NCBI GenBank assembly: GCA_019419405.1
Contig: DYAA01000106.1
Span: 1-57,344, forward strand
Direction of reading: 5' to 3'
From: Collinsella sp.
Lineage (GTDB): Bacteria; Actinomycetota; Coriobacteriia; Coriobacteriales; Coriobacteriaceae
DNA length: 57,344 nt
Shown: in pieces, positions 26,916 to 34,183 of the stretch
Numbering within the stretch: position 1 is the stretch's first letter
Layout of the letters: each line of letters begins with the position of its first letter
Notes under the pieces: model-generated
What the model saw: the letters and a program-made list of their open reading frames with translations, nothing else
The model's database searches: none
Told to the model about the DNA's origin: nothing
Made by a program: the position numbers and the translations under genes

Positions 26916-26984
26916 TAGGGGCGTCATTCGCATCGCGAGTACAGATTTCGCAGGTCGGAGTGGGCTATTCGTGCCTCTGTGAAG

Positions 26985-27032
26985 CCCGGAGCTCCCCTAT
27001 GGGGAGCTCCGGGGCACCCTTCCTAGGGTGCC
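26985..27032. repeat. Two abutting perfect hairpins
   Basis: CCCGGAGCTCCCC-tat-GGGGAGCTCCGGG followed by GGCACCCT-tcct-AGGGTGCC. Confidence 0.85.
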
Positions 27033-27033
27033 G

Positions 27034-27250
27034 TGGCCAAAAAATGGCAGATATGAGTACTGTCACCAATTTAGTAACAGGCAATTTTGGCCTCTCGGAC
27101 AGATTTTGCGCTCAATGTCGCTAACCTGATGCTTAGTTATTCCACATTTGTTTATTATCTTCTTACTTTATGCCGCCTCCGAGTCCTAAATTCCTTGATT
27201 TTGCTGTTACTGATTTAGTGACAGTACTCATATTTGCCATATTTTGGCCA
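27034..27250. repeat. MITE-like element, copy 1 (47-bp terminal inverted repeats)
   Basis: 27034-27080 and 27204-27250 are inverted repeats matching at 42/47 positions, around an AT-rich non-coding core. Confidence 0.85.
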
Positions 27251-27284
27251 GGGCATATGATTAACCCCCTATTTTCGACGTGAA

Positions 27285-28394
27285 TTAGACCGGCTTAAGC
27301 CCAAAACACGCCCGCAGCGTGTTAAGCAACGCCTCTTGCTTCTTCCTGCGGGCATCGACACGATTCCGGTACCGCTTTCGCATACGCTGGTGGATGCGCC
27401 ATGCGAGCGCTTCCATCGCTTCCATGTCGCAGAGCATTTCGTTGTTGACCGTCGCGACCTCGATTCCCATAGTAATCAAGCCCGTGTTGCGTTTTTCATC
27501 ATGGATACGTCCCCTCCGGGAGGAATGGCCCAGCTCACCGTTGTATTCAAGGTCAAACCGGGCTGCTTCCTGATACGCATCGCAAACTGCATGCGGCATC
27601 CCCGAGATTGCCTGCGCGCGGTCATCGAACTCGATCTTGTAGTCGGTCTTAAAGGGACCGCAGTCAAATCCGCCATAGGAAAACGGAAGCGAAAACAGAG
27701 CGAGCATGATGCACTCCATGGGCGAGAGCAGGTTTTCTGACAGGTAGGGACACAGACGCAGCAGCTGTTTGGCCACATTCCCCTTGCATGCCGCAAGGTA
27801 ATCTGCCAGGCGATCGGGCGTCAGCGCCGGCTCGACTTCAAAGTAGCCCACGTCTGCTGGCTGGTCCTTGTCCTTTGCAAGTTTATTCGTAACAGGCGAG
27901 GTGTAGGGAGGCAGATACTTCCCGCGGTCGCTCAGTGAAATCTTAGAGCACAGCTCCTGGGCCAGGGCAAATGCCTGGATACAGCCAAGTTCGCGCGCAA
28001 CGGCAAGGCAGAGGGCCTCGGGAGACAAGCTGTACACCCCCGGTTCCACCTCTAGAATCGAGCCGGCGGGCAACCCGGAACACACGGACCAGCCTACGCT
28101 AGGCATGCGGCGGCGCTGCGCCGCAGATCCCACCAGCAAGCACAAATCCTCTTGCACCTCGCCGCTTGCGGCTCCAATTCGCACCAAGTCGGGAAGATAG
28201 ATGTCCTCGGTCGAGGGCGACGACGTGCGCAGCACACGGCGCTCTTCATCGGGATTGAGGTCCTTCCAGCTGATATAGCCCATCTGCCGGCGCTCGGCGC
28301 GCATCATGCGCAGCGCTGAAGCGCCTGTTAGGATTACGGAAGCCGCTAGCTGTTCGCCTGTCGGCTCGTTGCGCCGCTCAATCTTCACTGCCAC
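27285..28394 (-). CDS. Hypothetical protein with C-terminal PD-(D/E)XK / DUF559-Vsr-like nuclease domain
   Basis: SPMEC...LP..YGG, then CD.Y......LEYNG..GH.......D..RN..L..MG..V..V, the pattern of actinobacterial AbiEi-like/DUF559 proteins. GTG start is uncertain (28388 or 28394). Confidence 0.72.
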   Translation of the reverse strand: MAVKIERRNEPTGEQLAASVILTGASALRMMRAERRQMGYISWKDLNPDEERRVLRTSSPSTEDIYLPDLVRIGAASGEVQEDLCLLVGSAAQRRRMPSVGWSVCSGLPAGSILEVEPGVYSLSPEALCLAVARELGCIQAFALAQELCSKISLSDRGKYLPPYTSPVTNKLAKDKDQPADVGYFEVEPALTPDRLADYLAACKGNVAKQLLRLCPYLSENLLSPMECIMLALFSLPFSYGGFDCGPFKTDYKIEFDDRAQAISGMPHAVCDAYQEAARFDLEYNGELGHSSRRGRIHDEKRNTGLITMGIEVATVNNEMLCDMEAMEALAWRIHQRMRKRYRNRVDARRKKQEALLNTLRACFGLKPV

Positions 28395-28404
28395 AAAACC
28401 ACCC

Positions 28405-29211
28405 CTACCAAACACGTGCGATAGCGAGGCCATCAACGGCCGCGGCACCGGCGCGCTTGAGTTCCGCCGAAGCCGCTGCCATCGTCGCACCCGTGGTGAT
28501 AACGTCGTCGATAAGCAGCAGGCGGCGGCCCCGCACGTCCTCAACGGTCTCGTACATGCCTCGGACGCGTTCACGGCGTTCTTCACGGCCGAGTTCACGC
28601 TGGTCGCCATGGCCGTATTTAACGAGGGCGTCGAGCAACGGAACACCCGACAGCTCGCAAAATGGGCGCGCGATGGCCTCCATATGATCGAAGCCGCGTC
28701 GCCGAAACGCCGCCGCAGTCGCGGGCACAAACACCACCGCATCGGCGCCGGACAACACACCGCCTAAGCGTTCGGGCGCCGCGACCTGGGCATGTAAGGC
28801 GGTGTCGTATAGCAGCTCTGCCAGATACGGCGCCAGGCGTCGCTCGCCCGCGTCTTTGTACGCTTTAATGATCCGCGGCAGCGGATGCGCGTAAACGGCA
28901 CATGCCAGGCACCGGTCGAGTGCTTCGGCCATCGCCGAGGACGAACCCTCGACCGAGCACTCGGTGCACAGCAAGTCTCCAAACGGGGCGCCGCATCGAG
29001 TGCAGCTATGCCGCGGGTCGATGAGCGCAAGCGCCGCCAAGCAGTCTTGGCAAATAAGCGCGCCGGAGCGCTCGCAGCCGGCGCATCGCGTAGGCGACAA
29101 CGCCTCAAGCGCCTCGTACGCCGCCAGCTCGGCAAACGGTAGCAATTCGTCCGCAAACGGCAGGATGCCGGCACCTTGCAGGCATCCCAACACATTCAAA
29201 TATCTCTTCAC
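28405..29211 (-). CDS. comFC: ComF family protein (double zinc ribbon + PRTase)
   Basis: CAGC..CQDC..CTRCG..CTEC, RRRGFDH, LLIDDVITTGATM. The true start is probably somewhat downstream. Confidence 0.92.
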   Translation of the reverse strand: MKRYLNVLGCLQGAGILPFADELLPFAELAAYEALEALSPTRCAGCERSGALICQDCLAALALIDPRHSCTRCGAPFGDLLCTECSVEGSSSAMAEALDRCLACAVYAHPLPRIIKAYKDAGERRLAPYLAELLYDTALHAQVAAPERLGGVLSGADAVVFVPATAAAFRRRGFDHMEAIARPFCELSGVPLLDALVKYGHGDQRELGREERRERVRGMYETVEDVRGRRLLLIDDVITTGATMAAASAELKRAGAAAVDGLAIARVW

Positions 29212-29313
29212 GACACAACCCTCCCTACGTTCGGTCGCAGGGAGGGTTGTTGATTCAGTGCTATGGTACCCCGACGCGTTTGGGGTCAGGCAGGTTAAAT
29301 CCGTTTGCGGGCG

Positions 29314-31014
29314 CTATTCGCCGGTAGGCGGTTGTGGTGCAGACGAAGACGGGGTCGAACCCTCGCCACCATCTTGACGCGGCTTGCGGGAACGACGACG
29401 GCGACGGCGCTTCTGGCCCTGGTCGGCCGAACCCTCGCCACCACGATCTTCGCGCGACTCGCGTTCGTCGCGAGCAGCGCCGCGCGCGGCCTTGGCAGCC
29501 GCCCCTCCGCCATCTCCGGGGCGACGACGCGTGACCTTGACCTCGCCATCCGAGACCTGATCGGCAACGGAGGGCACCGAGGGCTTTTGCTGCGTGCCCG
29601 AGGAATGGCGACGACGCGGACGCGGGGCGCGCTCGTCATCGTTGCGCTGCTTGCTACCCTTGTCGGCAGGCGTATCGGAACCCGAACCACCCTTGGGGGC
29701 GGCACCGGCTTCGCGAGCGGCTGCGGCGCGGAAGGCGTCCTCGCGCTCCTCGCTCGACAAATGGCGGCGGCGACGGCGCGTGGGATTCATGCCACCGCCG
29801 CGATTTTGCTGTTGAGGCTGCTGAGCTTCGCGCTCGCGGGGGGAATTCTTGCCTGCGGGAGCGGCCTCGCCGACATCGCCCGAGCCCGCGCGCTTGCGAC
29901 GACGACGGCCACCGGCGGCCTCCTCGGCCTCAGGCGTTGCGGCATTGCCACGGCCCTTTCCGCGGCCACGACCCTCGCCCTGCCCCTGACCGGCGCGGGC
30001 ATCGGAATCGGCATCGCGACGACGGCGCTTGGGCATCGACGTGCCAGCAAGACGGTCGGCGCTCGACAGGCCATCGCCCACGTCGACGCCGTTCTCGCGG
30101 TCGAGCTCCATGAGCGCCAGGCGCATCTCGGGCGACTCGATGCGCTCGAGCACGTCGCGCGTCACGCAGTCGGGGCGGCAGCTGCAGCCCTGCTCGGCGG
30201 CCTTCTTTTTGCAGCCCTCCGAGCAGGTCATATCAGCCAGGTTGACCTTAAAGACCTTGCCGTTCTCCAGGCGCAGCACCAGCTGCTCGCGCGGCGTGTC
30301 ATATTCCTGAATACGCGCCTTGCCGAGCGGCGTATCGATAAGCGTCTTCTTTTTGGGCGCGCGGCTCTTAAAGTCCTTGTAGGCCTCGAACTCGTAGCGC
30401 AGGCAGCACATCAGGCGGCCGCAAACGCCGCTGATCTTGGAGGAATTGAGCGGCAGGTCCTGCTCTTTTGCCATGCGGATCGAGACGGGCTCAAACTGTC
30501 CGCCAAAGCGCGTGCAACAGAGCTCCTGGCCGCACTGGGCATAGCCGCCCACCAGGCGAGTCTCGTCGCGCACGCCGATCTGGCGCATGTCGACGCGAAT
30601 GTGCAGCGTCGAGGACAGATCCTTGACGAGCTGGCGAAAATCGACGCGTTCCTCGGCCGCAAAGTAGAACACGGCCTTCTCGCCGCCAAACAGGTACTCC
30701 ACGCCGACCGGCTTCATCTCGAGGTCGAGCTCCTTGACCAGGCGACGGAAATCGACCATGGCCTCGTCGCCCTGGATGGCCAGATCATCGGCAAGCTGCA
30801 GGTCGATGTCGCTCGCCACGCGCAGCACGGGCTTGAGCGGCTGGCCGATCTCGTCCTGCGGTACCTCGAAGGGATCGGCCGTGACCAGGCCGATCTCGGT
30901 TCCGCGCTCGGTGGAGCAGATGGCATAATCGGCCTCGAGGATATCCAAATCCTGCGGGTCGAACCACAGGTCGCGCGAGGCGTAGGTAAACTTAACGGGT
31001 ACGACTAACGGCAT
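29314..31014 (-). CDS. PSP1-domain protein (RicT/YaaT family) with long low-complexity tail
   Basis: RVDFRQLVKDL, RQIGVRDE, CGQELCC, MAKEQDL, SGVCGRLMCCLRYE. Conserved tmk-holB-yaaT order. Confidence 0.92.
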   Translation of the reverse strand: MPLVVPVKFTYASRDLWFDPQDLDILEADYAICSTERGTEIGLVTADPFEVPQDEIGQPLKPVLRVASDIDLQLADDLAIQGDEAMVDFRRLVKELDLEMKPVGVEYLFGGEKAVFYFAAEERVDFRQLVKDLSSTLHIRVDMRQIGVRDETRLVGGYAQCGQELCCTRFGGQFEPVSIRMAKEQDLPLNSSKISGVCGRLMCCLRYEFEAYKDFKSRAPKKKTLIDTPLGKARIQEYDTPREQLVLRLENGKVFKVNLADMTCSEGCKKKAAEQGCSCRPDCVTRDVLERIESPEMRLALMELDRENGVDVGDGLSSADRLAGTSMPKRRRRDADSDARAGQGQGEGRGRGKGRGNAATPEAEEAAGGRRRRKRAGSGDVGEAAPAGKNSPREREAQQPQQQNRGGGMNPTRRRRRHLSSEEREDAFRAAAAREAGAAPKGGSGSDTPADKGSKQRNDDERAPRPRRRHSSGTQQKPSVPSVADQVSDGEVKVTRRRPGDGGGAAAKAARGAARDERESREDRGGEGSADQGQKRRRRRRSRKPRQDGGEGSTPSSSAPQPPTGE

Positions 31015-32132
31015 TTCAGTGCCTTCCTGATATCGAACAGCATGACCTCGATGGCCAGCTGGGGAGTAACGTTTCTGGCGATGTTGCGCTCGGCGGTTGC
31101 GACCGCTTCGAGCGCCTGGGTGGCACCCGCAACATTGGTCGCGGCGGCAAGCCGACCGATCGTGTCGCGCACATCCTCGTTCACGACGTCGGCCGCCTCA
31201 TCCTGAAGCGTCAGCAGCACGTCGCGCATGAGCGTCCGCGCGCTCGCCAGCGCTTCCATGATACCCGAACGCTCGCGCGCGTTGAGTTCGCGCTTGTTGC
31301 GGTCCTCAAGCTGCTTCAATGCTCCACGCGACAGGTAGTCGGCATTTTGCTCGAGCACCTTTTCCTGCGTGGACTTGACCTCGGCCAACGGCGCCTTGAC
31401 GGCGACGATGAGCGACTTGGCACGGCTGAGTACATCGGCCTCGTCGGCGGCAATGAGTGAGTCGATGGCACGGATCATCTGGCGACGGGCGTCCTGGCGC
31501 TCGGCGCTCTTGAGGAACTCGATACCACGCGTGGGGCTTCCCGCCACGGCGACGGCCATGCGGCAGCGCGCGGGATCCTGCCCGGTGGCGCGGCTCACGA
31601 CCTGCGCGGCCACGGTGGGAGACACCAGCCGAAACGGCACACACTGGCAGCGGCTCACGATGGTGGGCAGCATCACGTCTGCCGAGGTACCCAACAGGAT
31701 GAACATGACGCCCTCGGGCGGCTCCTCGAGCGTTTTGAGCAGCGCGTTGGCGGTGTTGGCGCGCAGCTGCTCGGCACGGTCGATGATGTAGACCTTTGCC
31801 TTGGCGCGGATGGGCGCCAGCGGCACGTCGTCGAGCAGCTCGCGGGTCTGGGCGATGAGGTAACCCGTGGCGCTCTCGGGCGTGTAATAGTGCACGTCGG
31901 GATGCGTATGTCGAGAGACGCGCACGCAGCTGTCGCATGCGCCGCAGCCGTCCTGCTCGCACAGGAAGGCTTGGGCGAGCGCCCACGCGGCGTCGAGCTT
32001 GCCCGCGCCGGGCGCGCCCAAAAACAGGTAGGCGTGCGACGCGCGACCGCTAGCGACGGCATTGGTCAAAAAGTCGCGCACGCGCTCTTGGGTGTCGAGC
32101 TTGGCCAGCAGGCTTGCCTGAGCGGGGGCCAT
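31005..32132 (-). CDS. holB: DNA polymerase III delta' subunit
   Basis: HAYLFLG.PGAGK, CGACDSC, HPDV, ANALLKTLEEPP, LPTIVSRC. Confidence 0.94.
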   Translation of the reverse strand: MAPAQASLLAKLDTQERVRDFLTNAVASGRASHAYLFLGAPGAGKLDAAWALAQAFLCEQDGCGACDSCVRVSRHTHPDVHYYTPESATGYLIAQTRELLDDVPLAPIRAKAKVYIIDRAEQLRANTANALLKTLEEPPEGVMFILLGTSADVMLPTIVSRCQCVPFRLVSPTVAAQVVSRATGQDPARCRMAVAVAGSPTRGIEFLKSAERQDARRQMIRAIDSLIAADEADVLSRAKSLIVAVKAPLAEVKSTQEKVLEQNADYLSRGALKQLEDRNKRELNARERSGIMEALASARTLMRDVLLTLQDEAADVVNEDVRDTIGRLAAATNVAGATQALEAVATAERNIARNVTPQLAIEVMLFDIRKALKCR

Positions 32133-32133
32133 G

Positions 32134-32817
32134 CTACTCGGCCTCCTTGGCAAGCGCGGCGGCAACGGCTTCCTGCGGAATGTCGAGACCATACGCGCGA
32201 ACCTGCTCGACCGTCTTCTCGAAGACTTCCTCGACGGTCGCAGTGGCGTCGATGAGCTTTACGCGGTTTGGCTCCTCGGCAGCGATTGCGCAAAAGCCCT
32301 GGTAGACACGCTCCTGGAATGCCACGCCTTTTGCCTCCATGCGATCTGCCGCGCCACGGGCTGCCATGCGCAGCGCCGCCTGCTCGGGCGCGATGTGATA
32401 GACGAGTGTGAGCGCCGGGTGCGTACCCGCGACGGCCAGGTTGTTGGCGTCGCGCACTATCTGGCGATCGAGGCCATCGGCAAACGCCTGGTAGCAGGTC
32501 GTGGAATCGTAGAAGCGATCGCACAGGACCACCTTGCCGGCAGCGAGGGCGGGCGCGATGACCTCGTGCACCAGCTGGGCACGCGCAGCCTCGTAGAGCA
32601 ACAGCTCGCAGGTATCGCCCATCGTCGTGTTGGCAGGGTCGAGCAGCAGGGCGCGAATCTTTTCGCTGATGGCAGTGCCGCCCGGCTCACGCAGGGTCAC
32701 AACCTGGTAGCCGGCAAGGTCGAGCGCACGGGCAAGCAGGCGCGCCTGCGTGGACTTGCCGGCACCGTCGACGCCCTCGAGCGTGATAAAGCTATGTTGA
32801 GCAGGCTCAAAAGCCAT
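32134..32817 (-). CDS. tmk: Thymidylate kinase
   Basis: FITLEGVDGAGKSTQ, REPGGT, CDRFYDS..YQ. Confidence 0.96.
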   Translation of the reverse strand: MAFEPAQHSFITLEGVDGAGKSTQARLLARALDLAGYQVVTLREPGGTAISEKIRALLLDPANTTMGDTCELLLYEAARAQLVHEVIAPALAAGKVVLCDRFYDSTTCYQAFADGLDRQIVRDANNLAVAGTHPALTLVYHIAPEQAALRMAARGAADRMEAKGVAFQERVYQGFCAIAAEEPNRVKLIDATATVEEVFEKTVEQVRAYGLDIPQEAVAAALAKEAE

Positions 32818-33057
32818 GGGCGCAGCCCCTTCCTACAAGGCGCGTAAATGCGAGTTATAGCAACCAAGCCATGATACCCCAGTGCTCGGCACGTCCCCAA
32901 TGGCTAAAGGCGCCTTTCCAAAGTTGCGGTGAAATAGGGACTGATTGAAGCTCTGAGACCGCCAAACAGTCCCTATTTCACCGCAACGTATGATGGGGAA
33001 TTTTGGATGCTGGGTATAATCGTCGTATTGCATTGAAATGTGGCGAAAGGAGTGGCA

Positions 33058-34041
33058 ATGTCTCGGTATTGCGCCTCGTGCGGCAAGCTTCTTGAAGATA
33101 ATGCCAAGTTCTGCACCTCGTGCGGTGCACCCGTTGAGCAAACAGCCGCGAGCGATAGCCAGCCCGCTTTTGAGCAGACCGGCTCCCTTGATACGCCGCA
33201 AGCCAAGGCGGACGACCCCCTCGCCTATAGCCCCGACCCCGCCGCAAGGACCGAAGCCGTCGAGACCACGCAGCGCATACCCGTCGCGAGCGGCTCGCCC
33301 CAACAGCAGCCGGCTCCCGCATACGCGCCCGCTTCGCCACAGACCCCCGCTCCCAAAAAGAGCGGCACCGGGCCGCTTATCGCCGTTATCGTTGTGCTGG
33401 TGGCGATCATCATCGCCCTGGTCATCTTCTTTGCGATCAGACCGTTCGACAACGCCGCCACGCAGACGACTGCCGAGGTAGCTAAGCTGCACCATGACGT
33501 CGACGACGATGACCTAAAGCCTCTCGGCAATCCCAACAGCCTGTACGACGATGATGACGATGACGACGAGGATGGCGGCGAAGCAACGCTCTCCGAGCAG
33601 AACCTCTACCGTCGCCTGAGCGAATACTACGACTTGCTCGAAGATCTCGACAGCCAGGTCCGTGGCTGCGCGCAGAACTTCAACGGCAACTATCTGGAAG
33701 AGGATCGAACCACCCGTCAAAATCTCGCCGACGTCGCCGAGCGCACGGAGGACACCATCGAGCAGTATTACGACATCGTCGAGGACCTGGACGTCCCGAC
33801 GAGCTCCAAGAACTACAGCTCCTGGAAGGATATCATCGCCCTGTACGACGACCTGGATCACCGCATTGACGCAATCTGTGATGCCTGGGAGATCAGCCTG
33901 AAATACGCCAAGCCTGCGGACCACAAGAATGAGATCGTGGCGCCGCTGTCGCGCGACAACGTGGCGGGCACCAATGACAATAAGTACCGCCTAGACTTTG
34001 AGGAGCGCTATCCCGGCGCTAAGCCTGTCGAGGTGAACTAG
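33058..34041 (+). CDS. Zinc-ribbon-domain membrane protein
   Basis: YCASCG....AKFCTSCGA, Pro/Gln-rich linker, one TM helix, acidic extracytoplasmic domain. AAGGAG RBS. Confidence 0.88.
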   Translation: MSRYCASCGKLLEDNAKFCTSCGAPVEQTAASDSQPAFEQTGSLDTPQAKADDPLAYSPDPAARTEAVETTQRIPVASGSPQQQPAPAYAPASPQTPAPKKSGTGPLIAVIVVLVAIIIALVIFFAIRPFDNAATQTTAEVAKLHHDVDDDDLKPLGNPNSLYDDDDDDDEDGGEATLSEQNLYRRLSEYYDLLEDLDSQVRGCAQNFNGNYLEEDRTTRQNLADVAERTEDTIEQYYDIVEDLDVPTSSKNYSSWKDIIALYDDLDHRIDAICDAWEISLKYAKPADHKNEIVAPLSRDNVAGTNDNKYRLDFEERYPGAKPVEVN

Positions 34042-34059
34042 CGCTTTGTCGTTCCCGAG

Positions 34060-34117
34060 CCGGCAGTTAGGGACGTTCCTAAACTGCCGGCAGAAAAGGA
34101 ACGTCCCTAACTGCCGG
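34060..34117. repeat. REP-like nested palindrome
   Basis: Perfect 21-bp arms CCGGCAGTTAGGGACGTTCCT / AGGAACGTCCCTAACTGCCGG with palindromic CTGCCGGCAG in the spacer. Confidence 0.85.
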
Positions 34118-34119
34118 TC

Positions 34120-34161
34120 AAAAAAACGAGCGAGGATCGCGGGGTCCTCGCTCGTTTTTTT
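34120..34161. terminator. Bidirectional intrinsic terminator
   Basis: A7-CGAGCGAGGA...TCCTCGCTCG-T7 between convergent genes. Confidence 0.88.
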
Positions 34162-34183
34162 GGGCAATGTTTCGACTGCGCCG

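Noticed and set aside
26553..26933. N-terminal 127-aa extension of the substrate-binding protein ORF
   Set aside because: It overlaps the raiA-motif RNA and its promoter. The lipoprotein signal begins at 26552.
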